NCBI GenBank assembly: GCA_964414715.1
Contig: CAYPXN010000068.1
Location: 1 to 42,005, forward strand
Source of the DNA: an uncultured Pseudomonadota bacterium
GTDB lineage: Bacteria > UBA10199 > JADFYH01
Length of the DNA: 42,005 nt
Reading direction: 5' to 3'
Numbering within the stretch: position 1 is the first letter of the stretch; each line of letters starts with the position of its first letter. This document shows positions 17,766 to 26,551 of the stretch, in pieces. Both the position numbers and the translations under genes were made by a program. The notes under the pieces are model-generated. The model had not been told where the DNA came from and did no database searches. It was given only the letters and a program-made list of their open reading frames with translations.

Positions 17766-17951
17766 ATGTCTGAAGTGTTAGTGGTTACATCAAAAGTAAA
17801 AAAATACATTAAAGATAAAGCCGACATGAACACATCGGGTTCTACGGTGGAAGCTCTTACAAAAATCGTGGAAAAAGCCATTGATCAGGCCATTGAACAT
17901 GCCAAAGGTGATGGTCGCAAGACAGTGATGGATCGCGATTTTCCTGTATAA
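17766..17951 (+). CDS. bacterial histone-fold protein (Bdellovibrio HBb/Bd0055-like singlet)
   Basis: 61 aa. GGAGGA RBS. 'EVLVVTSKVKKYIK...NTS...' then a long helix then 'GDGRKTVMDRDF', equivalent to the archaeal histone 'AGRKTIKAEDI' L2/alpha3 motif. Confidence 0.7.
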   Translation: MSEVLVVTSKVKKYIKDKADMNTSGSTVEALTKIVEKAIDQAIEHAKGDGRKTVMDRDFPV

Positions 17952-17971
17952 GCAGCTTTTATATACATTTT

Positions 17972-18094
17972 AAAGCGCTCCCAGGATGAATTTCTCAAAA
18001 AACTTTTAGAACGTTGCTTTTAGGCTTCGTTCGGTACTGTAGTGCTACGAGACCCACCTAAAAGTTTTTTTCTAAATTATCCTGGGGGCGCTTT
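17972..18094 (+). repeat. long imperfect hairpin element, copy B
   Basis: Arms 17972-18009 and 18058-18094 pair over about 34 bp. 48-nt apical region ends in CGAGACCCAC. Followed by ttttgtttt. Confidence 0.7.
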
Positions 18095-18144
18095 TGTTTT
18101 CTTCTAACTTGACAGCGCTTTTCCCATTCGATACTTCGAAAACC

Positions 18145-19395
18145 ATGAAACTTACACCTCCCAGCCAAGGCGCAAAAATCAAAATCGTAAACGGCAAGCT
18201 CCAAGTGCCCGAACAACCCATCATTCCTTTTATTGAAGGGGATGGAACAGGGCCTGATATTTGGCGTGCTTCCCAACGTGTTTTTGATGCGGCGGTTGAA
18301 AAAGCTTATTCGGGAAAACGCAAAATTTCTTGGTTTGAAGTTTATGCCGGTGAAAAGGCAAAAGCTGTTTATGCTGCGGATTGTCCTCCCAATTTTCTTC
18401 CCCAGGAAACTCTCGATGTCATTCGCGAATATTTAGTGGCGATTAAAGGTCCTTTGACCACTCCGGTGGGAAAAGGAATTCGTTCCTTGAATGTGACTCT
18501 TCGCCAAGAACTTGATTTGTATGTTTGTCTCCGTCCGGTTCAATATTACAAAGGCGTTCCTTCGCCGGTAAAGGCTCCCGAAAAAGTGGATATGGTGATT
18601 TTCCGTGAAAATACGGAAGATATTTACGCAGGTATTGAATGGGAGGCATTAAGCGCCGATGTTAAAAAAGTGATCGATTTTATTCAGGGTGAAATGAAAG
18701 TAAAAAAGATCCGTTTTCCAGAGACTTCAGCAATTGGAATTAAACCTGTTTCCATTGAAGGTTCGAAACGCTTGATTCGCGCGGCCATTGAATATGCCAT
18801 CGCCCACAAGAGAAAATCGGTTACCTTGGTTCATAAAGGAAACATTATGAAATTCACCGAAGGTGGATTTCGTCAATGGGGTTATGAGCTCGCCAAAGAA
18901 GAGTTCGCTTCTCAAGTGGTGAGTTGGGAAGAGTGTGGCGGAAAAGTTCCCGCAGGAAAAATCCTGATTCAGGATGTGATTGCGGATGCTTTCCTTCAAC
19001 AAATTCTTACCCGTCCTGCAGAATATGATGTGATTGCAACTTTAAACTTGAATGGGGATTACATCAGTGATGCCCTGGCCGCCCAGGTTGGGGGTATTGG
19101 AATTGCCCCCGGTGGAAATATCAATTATGTGAACGGTGCCGCAATTTTCGAAGCGACTCATGGTACGGCTCCCAAATATGCAGGCTTGGATAAAGTGAAT
19201 CCGGGTTCTGTGATTCTTTCTGGTGCCATGATGTTTGAATACCTGGGTTGGAATGAAGTTTCCCAAAAGATCAAATCCAGTTTGGAAAAAACCATTCTCC
19301 AAAAAACCGTGACCTACGACTTCGCCCGTCTTATGGAAGGCGCTAAAGAACTCAAATGTTCCGAATTTGGCGATGCAATGATAAAAAATATGTAA
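18145..19395 (+). CDS. icd: NADP-dependent isocitrate dehydrogenase
   Basis: '[15 protein letters not shown]' and '[23 protein letters not shown]'. ATG 18145 gives a typical length of about 416 aa. Confidence 0.95.
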   Translation: MKLTPPSQGAKIKIVNGKLQVPEQPIIPFIEGDGTGPDIWRASQRVFDAAVEKAYSGKRKISWFEVYAGEKAKAVYAADCPPNFLPQETLDVIREYLVAIKGPLTTPVGKGIRSLNVTLRQELDLYVCLRPVQYYKGVPSPVKAPEKVDMVIFRENTEDIYAGIEWEALSADVKKVIDFIQGEMKVKKIRFPETSAIGIKPVSIEGSKRLIRAAIEYAIAHKRKSVTLVHKGNIMKFTEGGFRQWGYELAKEEFASQVVSWEECGGKVPAGKILIQDVIADAFLQQILTRPAEYDVIATLNLNGDYISDALAAQVGGIGIAPGGNINYVNGAAIFEATHGTAPKYAGLDKVNPGSVILSGAMMFEYLGWNEVSQKIKSSLEKTILQKTVTYDFARLMEGAKELKCSEFGDAMIKNM

Positions 19396-19401
19396 AACGG
19401 T

Positions 19402-20991
19402 TTAATCCCGTTTTTGAAGGCTGCATCCACCGCTTCCACCAGAACTTCCCGAGACGTTTACATTTACAGACGCAGAGTTGTTACCTGAATTCGAATCAAT
19501 TTCAGTTCCTGCTACCGTAGCAGTGTTAGTCAAGGTGCCGGATGAAGCTGCAGTGACTGTAACTGTTGTGGTTACGCTTGAACCATTATTGATTTGTCCT
19601 AGGGAGCAAGTGATAGTTCCGCTTGAATTTGAACAAGAACTTCCGTTGTCGGGAGTGGCAGAAACAAAAGTGTTGCTGGCGCTTCCTGAAAAGGTGTCTG
19701 TAAGTGTGACCAACATATTATTGTTGGGTCCGCTATTGGTGACTTTGATCGTGTAAGTGACATTGCTTCCGGAGTTTAGGGAAGAACTGGATGCGCTGTT
19801 TGTAATGCTCAAATCAGAAGTCCCCAGTTCTGTTGTGCTGACATCACAAGCAGTACTTGCAGGTCTGGTTTGACCACGTTGGTCCGATGTAAGAACGGCT
19901 CCTGCGGTATCCTGGCAGCCCGCTGGATTTCCCTTGTTGATGGCGTCACTATTTGACATCAAAAGTGGGGTTTGGGTGGTGCCGCCATAATTTCCCAGGC
20001 TTTGCAAGCCGGCTCCAGTGAGACTGTTTTGATCATGCGTGGTGGCACCCGCTACAGTGCAGTTACCCATATCTCCAAACATATTGTAATCGGCAGACGT
20101 GAAAGCGCCGGGAGCCGTGCCTGCATTACAATTGAGATTTGAAGCTGCTGTGTTTCCCACTAAAATGGAATTGGCAATATTTACGTTTGCAGAAAAACCA
20201 AAGCTAATACCCCCTCCGGAGTTTGTCGCAGTATTATTGGATATGGTCGCATTACGAAGAATAATGGCACTACCACTTGTGGCATGCATAGCGCCGGCAT
20301 TTGTGCTCGATTGATTTCCCGAAATTGTAGTGTTGTTGATTTTAAGTGTTGTCGTATCTGAATGAGTGGCTCCTCCGACGACCGTGGCTTGATTATTAGA
20401 AAGTGTGCTGTTGTTGAAAGTGACGGTGCCTCCTCCCGTTGCAGAAAGCCCGCCCCCATTAGCGCTTGCCTTGTTGTTGTTGAGGGCCATGTTGTTTAAA
20501 ATCAGAGTATCTCCTCCATTATTCACAAACTCAACGGCTCCTCCGTTTCCTGTGACATTTCCTCCTGTGAGTGTAATGCCGCTGAGAATAACATTGATTG
20601 ATGAAGCATCGCTGGGGATATCAAAAATGCGGTCGTTGATGGCGGTGGCATTAATAGAGGTATTGTTTGCTCCGGCACCATTGATCGTGAGGTCATGTGT
20701 GAGAATATCGAGATCGCCTGCAAAACCTGTATTATCGCTTCCGGAAATAGTCAGCGTGTAGGATCCAGCCGGTAAGGTGATGGTGCTACTTACATCTCCG
20801 CTCACATTGGCAGAAAGGACCGCTTCTCTTAAAGAACATCTTCCACTGGATGCACAACCGTTGGGAGGGGCTACGGGGCTAGGATCATCAAAAACATTGA
20901 CGGTATAATTTGCAGCTTGGCTAGTAGATGCATGGGTTAAGCTCAAAAAAATAAATACAACGAATAAAAGTTTGGAAAATATACTTTTCAT
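19402..20991 (-). CDS. secreted CSLREA-domain / beta-helix protein with a DUF11-like repeat domain
   Basis: Signal peptide MKSIFSKLLFVVFIFLSLTHASTSQA. CSLREA encoded at 20821-20838. Gly/Asn-rich beta-helix rungs. 'NVTYTIKVTNSGPN...TNTATV' DUF11 pattern. Ends GGSGGCSLQKRD. Confidence 0.8.
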   Translation of the reverse strand: MKSIFSKLLFVVFIFLSLTHASTSQAANYTVNVFDDPSPVAPPNGCASSGRCSLREAVLSANVSGDVSSTITLPAGSYTLTISGSDNTGFAGDLDILTHDLTINGAGANNTSINATAINDRIFDIPSDASSINVILSGITLTGGNVTGNGGAVEFVNNGGDTLILNNMALNNNKASANGGGLSATGGGTVTFNNSTLSNNQATVVGGATHSDTTTLKINNTTISGNQSSTNAGAMHATSGSAIILRNATISNNTATNSGGGISFGFSANVNIANSILVGNTAASNLNCNAGTAPGAFTSADYNMFGDMGNCTVAGATTHDQNSLTGAGLQSLGNYGGTTQTPLLMSNSDAINKGNPAGCQDTAGAVLTSDQRGQTRPASTACDVSTTELGTSDLSITNSASSSSLNSGSNVTYTIKVTNSGPNNNMLVTLTDTFSGSASNTFVSATPDNGSSCSNSSGTITCSLGQINNGSSVTTTVTVTAASSGTLTNTATVAGTEIDSNSGNNSASVNVNVSGSSGGSGGCSLQKRD

Positions 20992-21090
20992 AAGAATGCC
21001 TCTCCAATTTGGACAAGATTTGATAACGCTTGAAAGTATAACAAAAGAAGCTAGGCTTGTAAGCGCATTTTTTTTAAAAAAATCGCTTGA

Positions 21091-22119
<1,029 letters not shown>

Positions 22120-22171
22120 ACTTTGCTGTATATCCGATTCTGAAAACGTTTTATTAAGTGAGGATAGATAA

Positions 22172-22813
22172 ATGCAGAATGGAATCACTTTCACGAAGGC
22201 GGAAAAATATTTTTATCTTCGACGCCTTCATTCTCTTTCCGGTTTGCTTCCCATTGGCCTTTTTTTTCTAGAACATATTTATAGCAATGCCGTCTCTCTC
22301 CAAGGAGCCAGTGCTTACAACGAGATGGTAAACAAGCTGATGGAAATTCCCTTTTTACCCGTGATTGAAATTGTCACGATTGCCTTGCCTCTCCTTTTCC
22401 ATATTGTTTTAGGAATCGTGATCTATCTGACCAGTAAGAATAACGTGCTCCAATATTCTCATGCAGAGAACTGGAGATATTTTTTGCAAAGAATTACCGG
22501 TGTGATTGGAGTTTTCTATATTGGTTTTCATGTTTGGGAGACCCGTATTCATGCAGCTTTGAGTGGACAACATGTCAGTTATGAAAGAATGCAACAGTTG
22601 TTGAGTACTCCCTGGGTATTTTGGTTTTACTTGCTGGGAGCTCTAAGTTTAACTTTCCATTTTTGCAATGGGTTATGGACCATGGGAATTACCTGGGGCT
22701 TGACAGTGAGTGTGCGTGCTCAAAGAATGACTTCTGCAGCTTGCATGTTACTGTTTGTAGCCTTAAGTGCAGTTTGGGTTCAAATTTTGTTTCATTTTGT
22801 GGGGTGGATTTAA
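22172..22813 (+). CDS. sdhC: succinate dehydrogenase cytochrome b558 subunit
   Basis: 213-aa, 5-TM protein immediately upstream of sdhA (TAA-ATG junction). Conserved His residues in the TM helices. Confidence 0.85.
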   Translation: MQNGITFTKAEKYFYLRRLHSLSGLLPIGLFFLEHIYSNAVSLQGASAYNEMVNKLMEIPFLPVIEIVTIALPLLFHIVLGIVIYLTSKNNVLQYSHAENWRYFLQRITGVIGVFYIGFHVWETRIHAALSGQHVSYERMQQLLSTPWVFWFYLLGALSLTFHFCNGLWTMGITWGLTVSVRAQRMTSAACMLLFVALSAVWVQILFHFVGWI

Positions 22814-24127
22814 ATGGCTAAACCAAAGATTATTGTCGTAGGCGGTGGACTTGCAGGATTGATGGCCACTATTAAAATTTCAGAAGCGGGTGTGCCGGTA
22901 GATTTATTTTCTGTGGTTCCCGTAAAAAGATCTCACTCAGTGTGTGCGCAAGGCGGGATTAATGGTGCCGTGAATACCAAGGGAGAAGGAGATTCCACCT
23001 GGCAACATTTTGATGACACTATTTACGGTGGCGATTTTCTTGCCAATCAGGAACTTCCCAAACAAATGTGCGAAGCGGCCCCCTCTATTATCTACATGCT
23101 CGATCGCATGGGAGTAATGTTTAATCGTACACCCGAAGGTTTGATTGATTTTCGTCGTTTTGGTGGAACCTTGCATCATCGTACTGCTTTTGCGGGTGCT
23201 ACGACTGGGCAGCAACTTTTGTATGCCCTTGATGAACAAGTTCGTCGTCAAGAAGTGGCGGGCTTGGTCAACAAGTATGAAGGATGGGAATTTTTATCTG
23301 CCATTCAAGATGACGATGGAAACTGTCGTGGAATTGTCGCCATTAATCTTGATACCTTAGAAACGCGTTCTTTCAAAGCCGATGCAGTGATTATTTGTAC
23401 CGGGGGTCCCGGACTTATTTTCGGAAAAAGCACCAACTCCCTCATTTGCACCGGTTCTGCCGCCTCTTCCCTCTATCAGCAAGGTGCTTACTATGCGAAT
23501 GGGGAGTTCATTCAAGTGCATCCCACTGCAGTGCCCGGTGAAGACAAGCTTCGTTTGATTTCGGAATCGGTTCGCGGTGAAGGGGGACGGGTTTGGGTCT
23601 ATAAAGATGGAAAGCCCTGGTATTTCCTTGAAGAATGGTATCCCAAATATGGAAATTTGGTTCCTCGTGATGTGGCAACTCGTGCAATTTTCAAAGTGGT
23701 TTATGAATTAGGTTTGGGGATTGATGGGCAACCCCAAGTATTCTTGGATGTCACTCACATCGATCCGAATCTTCTTCGTAAAAAACTCGAAGGGGTTTTG
23801 GAAATTTACGAAAAATTTGTAGGACAAGATCCCAAAAAAGTGCCCATGCGCATTTTCCCCGCGGTTCATTATTCGATGGGTGGGCTCTGGATTGATGATA
23901 ATCAAATGACTAACATTCCGGGCTTATTCGCAGCAGGTGAATGTGAGTATGCCTATCATGGTGCCAATCGTTTGGGCGCAAACTCTCTTGTTTCTTGTAT
24001 TTTTGGTGGAGGACTGGCCGGCAAAAATGCAGTTCGTTACTCGAAGGATCTTGCGAAGTCGTCTGCGAGCTTGCCAGATTCCATTTTCGAACGTGAATTG
24101 AAACGCCAAAATGACATCAATAAATAA
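22814..24127 (+). CDS. sdhA: succinate dehydrogenase flavoprotein subunit, N-terminal 437 aa, ended by an in-frame TAA
   Basis: 'VVGGGLAGLMA' FAD-binding motif, 'HSVCAQGGINGA', 'RGEGG', 'HYSMGGLW'. Same frame as 24176..24559. Confidence 0.9.
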   Translation: MAKPKIIVVGGGLAGLMATIKISEAGVPVDLFSVVPVKRSHSVCAQGGINGAVNTKGEGDSTWQHFDDTIYGGDFLANQELPKQMCEAAPSIIYMLDRMGVMFNRTPEGLIDFRRFGGTLHHRTAFAGATTGQQLLYALDEQVRRQEVAGLVNKYEGWEFLSAIQDDDGNCRGIVAINLDTLETRSFKADAVIICTGGPGLIFGKSTNSLICTGSAASSLYQQGAYYANGEFIQVHPTAVPGEDKLRLISESVRGEGGRVWVYKDGKPWYFLEEWYPKYGNLVPRDVATRAIFKVVYELGLGIDGQPQVFLDVTHIDPNLLRKKLEGVLEIYEKFVGQDPKKVPMRIFPAVHYSMGGLWIDDNQMTNIPGLFAAGECEYAYHGANRLGANSLVSCIFGGGLAGKNAVRYSKDLAKSSASLPDSIFERELKRQNDINK

Positions 24128-24175
24128 TTTCTTGCCCGTAATGGAAAAGAAAATCCTCATATTATCCATAAAGAG

Positions 24176-24559
24176 TTGGGCGACATCATGACAGAAAACG
24201 TCACTGTGGTGCGCTACAATGATAAACTGAAAAAGACGGATGAAAAGATCAAGGAATTCATGGAGCGCTTCAAGAATATTAAAGTGCCGGATCATTCTGC
24301 TTGGGCAAATCCCGAACTAGTTTTTGCGAGACAGTTGCAAAACATGTTACAACTTGCACGTGTCATTACCTTGGGAGCTTTGCAGCGAGATGAGTCTCGC
24401 GGTGCTCATTACAAGCCTGATTTTCCTGAAAGAAATGATGAGAAATTTTTGAAAACCACGAAAGCACATTTTACACCGCAAGGACCTGTGTTGGAATACG
24501 AGGCGGTGAATACAAATTATATCAAGCCACGTCCACGACGTTATGATATGGCAAGTTAA
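24176..24559 (+). CDS. sdhA: succinate dehydrogenase flavoprotein subunit, C-terminal fragment
   Basis: 'NVTVVRYNDKLKKTDEKI...RDESRGAHYKPDFPERND'. The frame is open and SdhA-like from 24128, directly after TAA 24125-24127. Confidence 0.85.
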   Translation: MGDIMTENVTVVRYNDKLKKTDEKIKEFMERFKNIKVPDHSAWANPELVFARQLQNMLQLARVITLGALQRDESRGAHYKPDFPERNDEKFLKTTKAHFTPQGPVLEYEAVNTNYIKPRPRRYDMAS

Positions 24560-24560
24560 G

Positions 24561-24636
24561 GTGAGAAGTTAGACGTGAGATGTTAGATGTGAAAAGTAGT
24601 CAAGCTACCTCTCACTTCTTACTTCTTACGTCTCAC
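24561..24636 (+). other. intercistronic imperfect hairpin with a purine-rich 5' arm and a pyrimidine-rich 3' arm
   Basis: Arm 24561-24599 against arm 24605-24636: 25 of 32 positions pair. 5-nt loop tcaag. An A-run follows, not a T-run. Confidence 0.5.
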
Positions 24637-24646
24637 TAAAAAAAAT

Positions 24647-25390
24647 ATGCCTGATACCATTTACGTAAAAGTGAAGAGAAAAGACGGACCTCAAGGCGAA
24701 TCCTATTGGGAAGAATTTGAAATTCCCTATCGTCCGCGCATGAATGTGATTTCAGTATTGATGGAAATCCAGAAAAATCCTGTGAATGCAAAAGGTGAGA
24801 CGACTACTCCCGTTGTGTGGGAAAGTTCTTGCTTAGAAGAAGTTTGCGGATCTTGTTCCATGGTCATCAATGGAAAAGCCCGTCAGGCTTGTTCAGCCCT
24901 TGTAGATAAACTGGAGCAGCCCATTGTTTTAGAACCTTTCAGTAAATTTCCCTGTGTGCGTGACTTGCGTGTAGATCGTACAAAAATGTTTGAAGCTCTG
25001 AAACGGGTTCAAGCCTGGGTTCCCATTGATGGAACTTATGATTTGGGAGCTGGACCCCGCATGGCGGAGAAGGATCAGGAAGTGGCTTATGATCTTGCGC
25101 GATGCATGACTTGCGGTTGTTGTTTGGAAGTGTGCCCTCAGGTGAGTGAACATTCGGACTTCATTGGAGCGGCAGCTGTTTCTCAGGCACGTCTTTTCAA
25201 CATGCACCCCACCGGAAAATTGCATGCCGATAAGCGTACCGATTCTCTCATGGGCGATGGCGGTCTTGCGGATTGTGGAAATGCGCAAAACTGTGTGAAA
25301 GCTTGCCCAAAAGATATTCCTCTTACTACTTCGATTGGTGAAATGGGTCGTCAGCTTACCAAGCGCATGTTTACGAAGATATTGGGATAA
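24647..25390 (+). CDS. sdhB: succinate dehydrogenase iron-sulfur subunit
   Basis: Three Cys clusters: 'CLEEVCGSCSMVINGKARQAC', 'CMTCGCCLEVCP', 'CGNAQNCVKACP'. Confidence 0.95.
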   Translation: MPDTIYVKVKRKDGPQGESYWEEFEIPYRPRMNVISVLMEIQKNPVNAKGETTTPVVWESSCLEEVCGSCSMVINGKARQACSALVDKLEQPIVLEPFSKFPCVRDLRVDRTKMFEALKRVQAWVPIDGTYDLGAGPRMAEKDQEVAYDLARCMTCGCCLEVCPQVSEHSDFIGAAAVSQARLFNMHPTGKLHADKRTDSLMGDGGLADCGNAQNCVKACPKDIPLTTSIGEMGRQLTKRMFTKILG

Positions 25391-25392
25391 TC

Positions 25393-26265
25393 TTACTTCA
25401 CGTTGGGTTTTGCATTGGGAGAAGACTCCGGGCTGAGTGGGTTATAAATCAGATCACTTAATGAAAGAATGAGTTTTTCCTTATACGGTTTTTTAAGTTT
25501 AGAGAGTTTATTCGGATCTAGTACACTCGGATCAATATTCATCAGTTGAACTTTTTCTATGATACTGTCCTTCAATTTTTTTACCTTGCCGTAGACGTCT
25601 GGCAACACTTCAATATTTTCCTGTGTTACACTCACGGGTTCATAGACAAAATCCACTTCTACGGGATAATCCAAGGGGACATAAAAAGTACTACTGCGAT
25701 TTTTTGCATATTTTTCTTTGAGAGCCTCATCAATTTTTGTGGAACTGCGTGATTGAATATACCAAGCGAGGTCTTTTGCTTCTTCATTTTTCATACGGAT
25801 ACAAGCATGAGAAGCCGCATGTCCGATACTGCCGGGCTTGTTGGTTCCATGAATTCGAAGGGCATCAGTCATGACCATTTTTACAGGGCCCAAGGGATTG
25901 CCAGGTCCTGGCGGGGTTTTCTTTGCATCTTTTGCCCAGGGACTATCCGGAGGGAGCCACCAGGGATTCCATTCAATTCTTTCGATAGAGTAAGTACCCA
26001 CGGGAGTTTGATATTGGGGCATGCCGACGGCCACAGTATGTTCATCGACAAGCTTGCCCTTTTCATAAAGGCGTAATTTCATTTCCGGGATATTAATGAC
26101 GATTTTAAGTTCAGGATTAGGATAGCTGGGGGCAAGGCTTGTAGGGCTGCTTTCGGGCAAGGATTCACTGGGATTTGCAAAAGACTGACTTTTTTCCGGT
26201 GAGCCGAGAATCAATAGAAGACTTAAAATCAGCATGGACAGGCAGGTTTTAAAAAAATTAGACAT
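25393..26265 (-). CDS. L,D-transpeptidase (YkuD domain)
   Basis: 'LRIHGTNKPGSIGHAASHACIRM' catalytic His/Cys motif. Signal peptide from ATG 26265. Confidence 0.85.
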   Translation of the reverse strand: MSNFFKTCLSMLILSLLLILGSPEKSQSFANPSESLPESSPTSLAPSYPNPELKIVINIPEMKLRLYEKGKLVDEHTVAVGMPQYQTPVGTYSIERIEWNPWWLPPDSPWAKDAKKTPPGPGNPLGPVKMVMTDALRIHGTNKPGSIGHAASHACIRMKNEEAKDLAWYIQSRSSTKIDEALKEKYAKNRSSTFYVPLDYPVEVDFVYEPVSVTQENIEVLPDVYGKVKKLKDSIIEKVQLMNIDPSVLDPNKLSKLKKPYKEKLILSLSDLIYNPLSPESSPNAKPNVK

Positions 26266-26327
26266 CCCTACATTATATAGCGAAGTGGCGCATTTGCCAA
26301 ATAACACCTTTTAACAGCTTTAAGTAA

Positions 26328-26410
26328 AAATCCCTCCCAACCTCCCTTTTTTAAAGGGAGGAGTTTGAGATTCTTCCCCCTTTGTAAAAGGGGGATTGAG
26401 GGGGATTTGA
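26328..26410. repeat. nested tandem-hairpin intergenic element
   Basis: Two hairpins, cctccc-ttttttaaa-gggagg and tccccc-tttgtaaaa-ggggga, enclosed by aaatccctc/gagggggattt. Confidence 0.5.
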
Positions 26411-26551
26411 AATTCCTCTTGGCTTTTTCGTGAGTTCCCGCTATTTGCTCCTGCCAATTCAATTATTTATAAACTCGGAAAGCATGACCGAGCCTGGGTA
26501 CCCACTAAAAGTGGGTAGGCGAGGGAATAGTCGTAAACGGAGTTGAAGACT

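Noticed and set aside
26268-26462. 64-aa minus-strand ORF (...LLQRGKNLKLLPLKKGGWEGF...).
   Set aside because: It is a translation of the tandem hairpin element, with no start context. This peptide pattern is a typical artefact of G/C-stem, T/A-loop repeats.
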